Below, piece by piece: positions 12,866 to 27,310 of a stretch of 64,000 bases of DNA (positions within the stretch are counted from its first letter, which is position 1; the number at the start of each line of letters is the position of its first letter). Source of the stretch: the human T2T-CHM13v2.0 reference genome, Homo sapiens; the NCBI RefSeq assembly GCF_009914755.1, contig NC_060944.1, one strand, 5' to 3'. The translations under genes were made by a program, and so were the position numbers. Below the pieces are notes generated by a model, which worked only from the letters and a program-made list of their open reading frames with translations, was not told where the DNA came from and did no database searches.

Positions 12866-14555
12866 TCTATTTTATAGATACATCTATCAAATATATCTAT
12901 TTTAATCTATTTACATATATATGTAAAATTTCTATCAAAATCATAGGAAGTTATTTTATGGAAATTTGCAAGTTGATTCCAAAATTTATATGGAAAAGTA
13001 AGATGTCAAAAATAATTAAAGCTATTTTGAAAAGTTAATACTGTTGGTGCACCTACAGTACCAAATCTACCTATACTATCAGTATAAATTAATCATAATT
13101 TAGGAATATGTAGCATGATGCCAGGATCAACTAATAGAACAAAGGAACACAGTAGAGTCCAGAAAGACCCATGCATCAATTGACTTAATTTATGTCAAAG
13201 GTGGCAATGCAAACTAAAGGCAAAGGACATTTTCCTGTTAATAAGTAGTATTGAATTGATTGGTCATTAATATGGAAAATATGAACATTGACTTCTACTT
13301 CTCACTATACACAAAAATCAAGTCCAGGTGATTATAGATCAAAATATGAATGATAAAGCAACAAAACTTCTAAAAGACAACAAAAAATATTATCTTCATG
13401 ACCAAAGTGTAGGTAATGCTTTCTTCAAGGGGACACTAAAACATTAACCATAAAGGAAAAGACTGATAAAATAACTCTTCCTGTTCATTAAAACATATCA
13501 TTAAAAGGGTATAAAAAACAAATCAAAAAATGGGAGAAAATAATTGCCACACATATAACCATCTAAGGGCTTCTAACCAGGGTATACATTCCAGTTGGAA
13601 TAGCTACAATTAAATACATTGGCTATACCAAGTGTTGGTGAAGATCTGGGGGAAGAGAACTCCCATGCATTGCTGATAACAGAGATACTGATAAAACTGC
13701 TTTGGAAAATACTTGGAAATATCTTCTAGTATTTATTATAAACACACTCTATTACCCTAGGTGGAGTAAAATAGAACACATTAAAAATGTGAGTATATGT
13801 GCACCAAACAAAAATGTTCTTAACAACTTTATTTATAATAGGCAAAGACTGAAATAAATCCGAATGAGTATCAACCTAATTTCCTGTATATTGATATAAT
13901 AAATAATATTCAGATATTGATGTGAATAGATTATTTTGTAAGCAACGATGTGGATAGTCTCATTAACATAATATTGAATGACAGCAGTGAGTCACAAACA
14001 ATATATGTTGTTTCTATTTTGTATGAATTTCAAAAAATGATAATCTGTTGTATGATATTCAAAGTCAGGTCAGTGATGCTTCCTGGGAAAGAGGGGTCGG
14101 TAATTGAGAACAGGGCACAAGAGGAAACTTCTGAGGCACAGATATTGTTTTATTTCTTGACTAATGCTGTGATTATGCTGATAAGATTATTTTGAATAAC
14201 TCATCGAGCTATAATTTGTCCACTTTTTGTATGCATATTATAATTAAATAATTTTAAATAAGCACAACTGCATTGCACACTAGAGATAAAGATTTAGATT
14301 GACAATAACATTCTCACTTCAGCAATCTTATATCTTAAAAAATGCTTCAAAATTCTGATGGGCAAAAAAACCTCTAGAATTTCCTAGAATTCTATCTAGG
14401 AAATGAAAGATATATTTATTTTTGTGATGAACTCATTATATTCATCTTTTATACACTATTCCTAAAAGAATTCAGGAGAAATACAAACGCCTGAGGAAAC
14501 AATAGAACTAACCCAGGAGAACAATAAAAAGAAATAAGAAGACAGCTGTACTTAC

Positions 14556-14636
14556 GGCCTCAAAGCATTTTATGTCATCCAACAAGTAGCATGATAAAGT
14601 GGATGCTTTTTGGAATGTGATAAATACAAATTCTTT
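14556..14636 (-). pseudogene. Candidate exon (81 nt, phase 0-0) of an unnamed decayed gene: KEFVFITFQKASTLSCYLLDDIKCFEA
   Basis: Acceptor tatttttttcttgttgtcag|, donor |gtaagt; only frame 0 is open. Confidence 0.6.
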
Positions 14637-14740
14637 CTGACAACAAGAAAAAAATAAACAAATACAATGAAATTCTCCAGGAAATTTACAAAGTTGTATA
14701 AAAAAATCATGTTACACATTTGAAGAAAAACAAAATGTAC

Positions 14741-14822
14741 CTTATCTTGAACAAGTGATGGAATGTAATAGAATACATTTGGCATTGACATTTGAAATAT
14801 TCTCTCCTTCAAGTGACTCAGC
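14741..14822 (-). pseudogene. Candidate exon (82 nt, phase 2-0): LSHLKERIFQMSMPNVFYYIPSLVQDK
   Basis: Acceptor gtgtcctttag|, donor aag|gtacat; 104-nt intron and in-frame join to 14556-14636. Confidence 0.55.
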
Positions 14823-15205
14823 CTAAAGGACACACTACCTCTTTGTGAGTTAAAGCACAACAATTGATTACTGCATACTCATTGCAGTATTAATACTGTT
14901 TATCAGTTCATAATTTTCAGAACCAAACTATGGATGCAAAACTTTATTAAAATAGAGGTCAGACTATAAATGCTATACAATGTAACATTTTTTTTTTATT
15001 ATTATACTTTAAGTTTTAGGGTACATGTGCACATTGTGCAGGTTAGTTACATACATATACATGTGCCATGCTGGTGTGCTGCACCCACTAACTCCTCATC
15101 TAGCATTAGGTATATCTCCCAGTGCTATCCCTCCCCTCTCCCACCACCCCACAACAGTCCCCAGAGTGTGATGTTCCCCTTCCTGTGTCCATGTGATCTC
15201 ATTGT

Positions 15206-19017
<3,812 letters not shown>

Positions 19018-19349
19018 TATGATGTTAGCTGGTTATTTTGCTCGTTAGTTGATGCAGTTTCTTCCTAGTCTCCATGGTCTTTACATTTTGGCATGATTTT
19101 GCAGCAGCTGGTACCTGTTGTTTCTTTCCATGTTTAGTGCTTCCTTCAGGAGGTCTTTTAGGGCAGGCCTGGTGGTGACAAAATCTCTCAGCATTTGCTT
19201 GTCTGTAAAGTATTTTATTTCTCCTTCACTTATGAAGCTTAGTTTGGCTGGATATGAAATTCTGGGTCAAAAATTCTTTTCTTTAAGAATGTTGAATATT
19301 GGCCCCAACTCTCTTCTGGCTTGTAGGGTTTCTGCCGAGAGATCTGCTG

Positions 19350-20084
19350 TTAGTCTGATAGGGTAACCCGACCTTTCTCTCTGGCTGCCCTTAACATTTT
19401 TTCCTTCATTTCAACTTTGGTGAATCTGACAATTATGTGTCTTGGAGTTGCTCTTCTCGAGGAGTATCTTTGTGGTGTTCTCTGTATTTCCTGAATCTGA
19501 ACGTTGGCCTGCCTTGCTAGATTGGGGAAATTCTCCTGGATAATATCCTGCAGAGTGTTTTCCAAGTTGGTTCCATTCTCCCCATCACTTTCAGGTACAC
19601 CAATCAGACGTAGATTTGGTCTTTTCACATAGTCCCATGTTTCTTGGAGGCTTTGCTCGTTTCTTTTTATTCTTTTATCTCTAAACTTTCCTTCTCGCTT
19701 CATTTCATTCATTTCATCTTCCATCACTGATACCCTTTCTTCCAGTTGATCGCATCGGCTCCTGAGGCTTCTGCATTCTTCACGTAGTTCTCGAGCCTTG
19801 GTTTTCAGCTCCATCAGCTCCTTTAAGCACTTCTCTGTATTGGTTATTCTAGTTATACATTCTTCTAAATTTTTTTCAAAGTTTTCAACTTCTTTGCCTT
19901 TGGTTTGAATGTCCTCCCGTAGCTCAGAGTAATTCGATCGTCTGAAGCCTTCTTCTCTCAGCTCGTCAAAGTCATTCTCCGTCCAGCTTTGTTCTGTTGC
20001 TGGTGAGGAGCTGCGTTCCTTTGGAGGAGGAGATGAGCTCTGATTTTTAGAGTTTCCAGTTTTTCTGTTCTGTTTTTTCCCCAT
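19350..20084 (-). pseudogene. L1 ORF1p, truncated at 244 aa
   Basis: MGKKQNRKTGNSK...RAAREKGRVTL, then frameshift from an apparent 13-bp deletion near 19360. Confidence 0.95.
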
Positions 20085-20975
20085 CTTTGTGGTTTTATCT
20101 ACTTTTGGTCTTTGATGATGGTGATGTACAGATGGGTTTTTGGCGTGGATGTCCTTTCTGTTTGTTAGTTTTCCTTCTAACAGACAGGACCCTCAGCTGC
20201 AGGTCTGTTGGAGTACCCTGCAGTGTGAGGTGTCAGTGTGCCCCTGCTGGAGGGTGCCTCCCAGTTAGGCTGCTCGGGGGTCAGGGGTCAGGGACCCACT
20301 TGAGGAGGCATTCTGCCCGTTCTCAGATCTCCAGCTGCCTACTGGGAGAACCACTGCTCTCTTCAAAGCTGTCAGACAGGGACATTTAAATCTGCAGAGG
20401 TTACTGCTGTCTTTTTGTTTGTCTGTGCCCTGCCCCCAGAGGTGGAGCCTACAGAGGCAGGCAGGCCTCCTTGAGCTGTGGTGGGCTCCACCCAGTTGGA
20501 GCTGCTTTGTTTACCTAAGCAAGCCTGGGCGATGGTGGGTGCCCCTCCCCCAGCCTCGCTGCCGCCTTGCAGTTTGATCTCAGACTGCTGTGCTAGCAAT
20601 CAGTGAGACTCCGTGGGGTAGGACCCTCCGAGCCAGGTGCAGGATATAATCTTGTGGTGCGCCGTTTTTTAAGCCCGTCGGAAAAGCGTAATATTCTGGT
20701 GGGAGTGACCCGATTTTCCAGGTGCCGTCCATCACCCCTTTCTTTGATTAGGAAAAGGAACTCCCTGACCCCTTGTGCTTCCCCGAGTGAGGCAATACCT
20801 CGCCCTGCTTCGGCTCACGCACGGTGTGCGCACCCACTGACCTGCGCCCACTGTCTGGCACTCCCTAGTGAGATGAACCCGGCACCTCAGATGGAAATGC
20901 AGAAATCACCTGTCTTCTGCGTCGCTCAGGCTGGGAGCTGTAGACTGGAGCTGTTTCTATTCGGCCCTCTTGGCT
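20085..20975 (-). promoter_or_regulatory. L1 5' UTR with sense and antisense promoters (CpG-rich)
   Basis: 891 bp upstream of the ORF1 ATG; YY1 motif mutated; ORF0 has a premature stop. Confidence 0.85.
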
Positions 20976-21251
20976 CAATGTAACATTGTTAAAGCCATAC
21001 AAGGCTTGGAAAATTCTGACAAAGGGGTAGCGGTAGAGGCTGTGAAAGCCAGGTTAAGGATTTCACAACATTAAATACTTCATCTCATATAGCAAGGCAT
21101 CAAGAGCTGCAGCTTAAAGCTGATGGGTTTATAATAGAGATCTTAGTACATGATGTAAAATCTTTACAAATTTAATTTAAAAAATAAGAGGAACAAGGTA
21201 GGAAAGGTATAGAGAAAATATGCTACATGGTCCTTGTGTATTGAGCCTCAC

Positions 21252-21312
21252 CAGATACTGCTTAGTATTGATAAATCCAGACATAAAGGCAGGATTTTAC
21301 TTAGTGTTACCT
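21252..21312 (-). pseudogene. Candidate exon (61 nt, phase 1-2): VTLSKILPLCLDLSILSSI
   Basis: Acceptor tgtgtttcgtcttttag|, donor ctg|gtgagg; open frame, phase-compatible with the 14741-14822 exon. Confidence 0.5.
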
Positions 21313-21408
21313 CTAAAAGACGAAACACAGAACCAGTCGAAAATTCTTGTCTATTAAGGCAGGGTATGGAGGGGTGAGAGAATGTGAAAGATATGGGAAA
21401 AAGTCTTG

Positions 21409-21708
21409 TTTTTTTTGAGACAAGGTCTCGCTCTGTTGCCCAGGCTGTAATTCAGTGGTGTGATCATGGCTTACTGCAGCCTTGACCTCCTGGGCTCAAG
21501 TGATCCTCCCACCTCAGTCTCCTAAGTAGCTGGGACTAAAGGCATGTACCACCGCATTTGACTAGTTTTTAAACATTTTTTTTTTTTTCGCAGAGACAGA
21601 GTCTTATTATATTGCCCAGACTGGTATAAAACTCCTGGGCTCCAGTGATCCTCCCACTTATGTCTCCCAAAGTGTTAGGATTACAGGTCTTAGCCACCAT
21701 GTCCAGTC
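21409..21708 (-). mobile_element. AluJ
   Basis: J diagnostics (gatcatggcttactgcagccttgacctcctgggctcaagtgatcctccc); approximate gaaaagtc TSD. Confidence 0.9.
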
Positions 21709-21947
21709 CTGAGAAAAGTCGTCTCATATTGTACCTCTTTGTTTTCTGATGTTTTATTTCTATGTGATCATATTACATCTGTTAAAATAACAACTAATAA
21801 AAGTGCTCAATTAAGATAAAATAACTGTTACATTATCTAGAAGAAGCAGAAATATTTAAATAACCCATATACCATGCTCATGTTTAGAAATTCCATGCTA
21901 AAGACCTAATTTTGCTACCACTGTGAAATGTCCCTCATTTTGTTTTA

Positions 21948-22422
21948 TGTGGTAAATTGCAAAATTAGCCACATTTTGCAGCTTTTACCATATGGAGGTG
22001 GATTTTTTCCCATCCCCTAAAATCTGGCTGGTATTGTGACTTGCTTTGACCAATGGAATGGTAACAAATTTGATGCAAGAGGGTTGGAAATTACTTACAA
22101 ATTGAGGTTTCCCTCTCTTGCTGCTCTTGAACTTGAGACTTCTATGTGAAGAAATCTGGGCAGGGTGTCTGAAGGATGATAAGCACATGGTACCCTAGAG
22201 CAGGCCAAACCCCAGGAAATGAGTGGAGGCTATGCAAGATTATTCAGCTGTCAGCTGACCTGTGAACTCATCACAAACTCCTGTGTGATCCAGTCCAAGA
22301 TCACTTTAATAATCTCCGATAAGATAACTGTCTAGTCATCCTACAAAATTGTAGGCTAAGCAGGCAAGCAGTCATTGTTTTATGTTTTGCAGTGGTTCTT
22401 TGGAGTAGAAGCTAATTGATAA
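21948..22422 (+). mobile_element. MLT1F/G-like MaLR LTR
   Basis: tgtggtaaattgcaaa start, tgtgacttgctttgaccaatggaatg core, gctaattgata end. Confidence 0.7.
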
Positions 22423-22543
22423 ATTTCTTTTAAGATAGGGTCATTTTGACTATTAACATCTCATAAGAAGATTGTAGATAGTAACAAGATCATATTAAAA
22501 TAGATTCTTGAGAGATGACTAAATAAAAGGTCATATATCTCCT

Positions 22544-23617
22544 ACCTTCATGACATTGGCTAGGCAAAGTTTGACATAATACCAAGCACAAGTGCCAAAA
22601 GAAAAGAGAGATATATTAGACATCATCAAAATTAAATACTTTTGTGTTTCAAAGGGTACTATGATAAAAGTAAGAAGACAATCTTCAGAATAGGAGAAAA
22701 TATGTGCAAATCATATACTGATCAGGTTGTGGTATCCAGAATATAGGAACAATTCTTAAAACACAACAAAAGACAACCCAATTGAAAAATGAGCAAAGAC
22801 TCTTAATAGGCATTTCTCCAAACAAGATGCAAATAGTCAATAAGCACATGAAAAGATGCTCAACATCATTAGCCAGCAAGGAAAGGCAGATCAAAATCAT
22901 AATACTATAACACTTCATACCCACTAAGATGGCTAAATTTAAAAAGACACATAATGACAAGTGTTCGTGAGGATGTGGAGAAATGAGAGTCCTTATACAT
23001 TGTTGTCAGGAATGTAAAATTGCATCGCCGCTTAGAAAAACAATCTGGCGGTTCCTCAAATTGTTAAGCAAAGAGTTACCGGGCGGTCCAGCAATTCCAC
23101 TCCTACGTATGTACCCCCACAAAATGAAAGTATAGGTCTACACAAAAGCTCATATATCATGGTCACACTAGCATTATCCATAACAGCCAAAAAGTAGAAA
23201 CAACCCAAATGTCCATCAACTAATGAAGAGATAAACAAAACGCAGCATATCCATACAATGTAATATTATTTGGTCATAAAAACTGAGGTACCGAAACCTG
23301 ATATAACATAGACAAACCATGAAAACATACTAAGAAGCCACTCACAAAAGGCCACATATTTTGTAATTTTACTTGTAGGATATGCCAACAATAGGCAAAT
23401 CCATAGAGATAAAAAACAGTAGTTGCCAGGTGCTATAGGAGAGGGAATGAGGGATGTGGGATTTCTTTTGGGGGTGATGAAAATGTTCTAAAATGAGATT
23501 GTGGTGATGGTTGCAGAAATCTATGAATAGACGTAAATCAACTGAGTTGTAAACTAAAATTGAGTGAATTATATAGTATGTGAATTATATCCCAATAAAA
23601 CTGTTATGTTTTAAAAA
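22544..23617 (+). mobile_element. L1MB-type 3' end
   Basis: ORF2 C-terminal remnant plus 3' UTR ggggtgatgaaaatgttctaaaa...tgtgaattatatcccaataaaactgtt. Confidence 0.85.
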
Positions 23618-23635
23618 TTATATCAGATGACTTAC

Positions 23636-23844
23636 TTGACCTCAAGTGAATAAATTACCAAAACTGTAATGTCCTTGACCAAATAAAATTGAATTTGATG
23701 TATTTAGGTATTTAAGAGACAGCCAAGGAATCTTTCATTTTCAGTCAAGGATAAAAATCTAGATATAATAAACTCAAATCTGCTAACTCAGGATGAACTT
23801 CCTGTTCCTGAATACTTAGAGGAGAAAGTGTTTGGCATTCTATC
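23636..23844 (-). pseudogene. Candidate decayed exon (stops in every frame)
   Basis: Donor caa|gtaagt; acceptor tgtttctttaccaag| (alternative tatctag| at 23758). One frame gives [32 protein letters not shown]; another gives [40 protein letters not shown]. Confidence 0.4.
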
Positions 23845-23893
23845 CTTGGTAAAGAAACAGTTACACTGTTCTAAGTTTGGCTTGTTATATATT

Positions 23894-24198
<305 letters not shown>

Positions 24199-24335
24199 TA
24201 TATATTCCATATCTGGGTTGTCCAAGCTATTATTTGGGAAAAGCATCAAGAGAAGTTATGAGGATTTTAAAAATACGAAATATAAATAAAAACAAAATAA
24301 AAGTGAGCTTTTTAAAGTACTTTTCCCCAACATAC

Positions 24336-24491
24336 TCATGTGAAAAACACATGCTTATATTTCATCTTTGTTTCTTTCTTCAGCTTGCCCAGGAAACAGG
24401 CAAGGTGTGATACTTTAATCATCGATGTTGCTTTAATATTCTAATGACATTTTTTTTTGCTCTAAATTCTGCACAATTTCTCAAACAGACA
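24336..24491 (-). pseudogene. Candidate decayed exon
   Basis: Acceptor tttctctcatttcttcttaaag|, donor ga|gtatgt; pieces SV*EIVQNLEQKKMSLEY and NIKATSMIKVSHLACFLGKLKKETKMKYKHVFFT in different frames. Confidence 0.35.
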
Positions 24492-24796
24492 CTTTAAGAA
24501 GAAATGAGAGAAACTTTATCTTGTTTTACATGAGAAATTCATCAGATGAATTGATAAATAATAAAAATAGTTTATGGGAAGGGGTGACGAGTGGGTTGTA
24601 AGGAGAAATAACTGAAATCAAATTACTCATTATTTTTAGTGTTAAATAAGATAATTCAAAAAGTATAATCAGTAACTCGATTGAGTTCAAATTACAGTTA
24701 TGTATTTAGGTTAATTTCCAATTTATGCTCATTCATTTTTTTCCTTCCTACATTGTAAACTTCTCAAATCCAAGTAAGAAATAACTAGTTTCTTAC

Positions 24797-24852
24797 CTAA
24801 AGTATCAGTAAAAGTCACACAGTGCTTAATAATGTCAACAACCACTTGAATT
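24797..24852 (-). pseudogene. Candidate exon (56 nt, phase 2-1): IQVVVDIIKHCVTFTDTL
   Basis: Acceptor cttcttctagtgcag|, donor ttag|gtaaga; open frame. Confidence 0.5.
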
Positions 24853-25116
24853 CTGCACTAGAAGAAGCATTCCCATTTAGTCTTCAAAGCGTTGTCAGGG
24901 ATAGAGGTGTAGGATTATTTCACATCACAAATGAAGAAATGGAGCCTCATACAGATCAAATTATTAAATCATTACTGAAAAATTGAATATAGATAGAGGA
25001 CTTGAATCTAAGTTATTTGCTGAGTCATTTATTTAAGAATTTCACTGTTGATTGACCTAATGATGATCCTATACCATGATTGACAGATTTGGCCATGGAT
25101 CTGCTTTCTAACTCAC

Positions 25117-25616
25117 TCAAAACTCTGGGTATCTGTGTACAAACAGGTAAGTCTAAGTTTCCTGGGGGGCAACAGAGTGCCTTGAGTGCATTCTAAACAC
25201 TTCCACTCGTGTACAAGTGCATTTGCTACCCTATTCGTGAACCTAGAGACTTTGCCTCTTGATGGAGCTGAATGTTTTCCTCTAACTTTCATTCTCATGG
25301 ATGTGTTTCATCCATATTCTCTACCTATGGTCATGCTGTTCCATTTTTAAAAAACTATCTTCCCCTGTATGAACCCAAATCTCTCCATATATGTCATTTT
25401 CATTCAGTAACTCTATGTGCAATCTTCAGAGCTATGTATCAAGTCTGTTCTTTTTCTCATGATAAATTTCAAATGTTCAAAGGTAGCTTTTACATGTAGT
25501 CCTTTAGATAAGTTATTTTCTACACTAAGTAGAATGCTTTTCAACAAGTTTTGATAAATTGTGCAGTAAATGAATGTATTCATTCCTCTTTCTATGTGAT
25601 GATATATTGGAAGTAA
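25117..25616 (-). pseudogene. Candidate large decayed coding segment
   Basis: 67 open codons 25416-25616 (LLPIYHHIERGMNTFIYC...HSSEDCT), then frameshifted LHIELLNENDIYGEIWVHTGEDSFLKMEQHDHR and ...HEWKCLECTQ...TDTQSF; donor ga|gtgagt in phase with 24797-24852. Confidence 0.4.
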
Positions 25617-25619
25617 CTA

Positions 25620-26886
25620 TTTTTTATTTCAAAAGGTTTTGGGGGAATAGGCAGTGTTTGGTTACATTGATAAGTTCCTTTGTGGTGATTTCTGAGATTT
25701 TGGTGCACCCATCACTAGAGCAGTGTACACTGTACCCAATGGGTAGCATTTTATTCCTCACCCTCCTACCACCCTTCCCCCTGATGCCCCAGAATCCTTA
25801 TCCCTTTGCATCCTTATAGCTTAGCTCCCACTTATAAGTTAGAAAAAACAATTTTTGGTTTTCCATCCCTGAGTTATTTCACTTATTAGAATAACGGTCT
25901 CCAGCTCCATCTAGACTTCTGTGAATGCCATTATACATCACATTTTCTTTATCCATTTGTTGATTCATGGTCATTTGAGCTGCTTCCATATTTTTGTAAT
26001 TGTGAATTGTGCTGCTATAAACATGTGTGTGCAAGTGTCTTTTTTATATTATGACTTCTTTTCCTTTGGGTAGATACCCAGTAGTGGGATCGCTAGACCA
26101 AATATTAGAGTCTACTTTTAGTTCTTTAAAGAATTTTCATTCATACTGTTCTCCATAGTGGTTGTACTGGTTTACATTCTCACCAGCAGTGTAAAATATT
26201 CCCTTTTCACCATATCCACGCCAACATCTATTATTTTTGTGATTTCTTAATTATGGCCATTCTTGCAGGACTAAGATGGTATCACATTGTGGTTTTGATT
26301 TACATTTCTCTGAAAATTAGAGATGTTGAACATTTTTTCATATTTTTTTGGCCATTCATATATCTTCTTTTGAGAATTTTCTATTCATATTCTCAGCTTA
26401 GTTTTTGATGGGATTATTATTTTTTTTCTTGCTGATTTGAGTTCCTTGTACATTCTGAGTATTAGCCCTTTGTTGGATGCAAAGTTTGCAAAGATTTTCT
26501 CCCACTCTTGAGTCATCTGTTTACCATGCTGACTATTTCTTTTGCTGTGCAGAAGCTTTTTAGTTTAATTAAGTCCCATTTATTTATTTTTGTTTTTGTT
26601 GAATTTACTTTTGGGTTCTTGGTCATGAAGTCTTTGCCTGAGGCAATGTCTAGAAGGGCTTTTTCTGTGTTATCTTCTAGAATTTTTATGGTTTGGGGTC
26701 TTAGGTTTAAGTTTTTGATCCATCGTGAGTTGATTCTTGTATAAGGTGAGAGGTGAGGATCCATTTTTATTCTTCTACATGTGGCTTGCCAATTATCCCA
26801 GCACCATTTGTTAAATAGGGTATCTTTCCCCACTTTTATGTTTTTGTTTGCTTTGTCAAAGATCAGTTGACTGTAAGTATTTGGCT
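25620..26886 (-). mobile_element. L1PB1-like, 5'-truncated
   Basis: L1PB 3' UTR (gtggtgatttctgagattttggtgcacccatc); ORF 26513-26833 is L1 ORF2 ([10 protein letters not shown]). Confidence 0.88.
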
Positions 26887-26919
26887 TGTCTCAATTTCAT
26901 TCTACGGGGTTTGGGTTGT

Positions 26920-27205
26920 GTTGACTCTACCATCAGATTCATTTTCCTTGCCTGGCTAAGCAGTGGGTTCTTTCTTTCTATCTGTAGGGATGGATGCAAT
27001 CCAAGCCAGGCCAATTAAAATCAATTCTAGGACTTTTGTTGCAAATATTAAGAAAAATGAATCTTTCTTCCTACTGGTAGTGCTAAGAAAAAATGGTGAT
27101 ATATGATTCTAGAGCTCCTAGGAATTAACAACTGCGAAGAGACTGCCCAAGAGTGGAGCTCACACAGAGGAAAGCAGTGCCAAGAAAAGAGACAGAGATT
27201 GAGAA
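26920..27205 (+). mobile_element. Old MaLR LTR fragment (MLT1K/L-like)
   Basis: ccaagccaggccaatt...ggacttttg...cacacagaggaaagcag...gacagaga motifs. Confidence 0.45.
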
Positions 27206-27310
27206 CATTACTTTTCATATACATAAGCTAATATGGTCTTTTTTAAAAGTGTTAAGACCATTTTATTTGCATTTTGTGAATTGTTTCCAAAATGATCTTT
27301 TTGAAAATCT

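Larger units (their letters stand above)
8290..14260 (+). mobile_element. Ancient L1M (L1MC/L1ME-age) ORF2 and 3' UTR remnant, split by a younger L1 and an Alu
   Basis: Degenerate RT region stops near 8530 ([13 protein letters not shown]-like) and resumes near 11850 (GFIPGMQ-like gatttattccaggaatgcaa), continuing to a 3' UTR near 14260. Confidence 0.65.

Noticed and set aside
14449-14490. Terminal exon AFVFLLNSFRNSV* via acceptor ttcctcag|
   Set aside because: Needs a 65-nt intron; the alternative acceptor at 14461 gives E-stop. I cannot decide between them, so it is not listed as a feature.
20603-20983. 126 aa plus ORF resembling L1 ORF0
   Set aside because: GTG-started frameshifted remnant downstream of the ORF0 premature stop.
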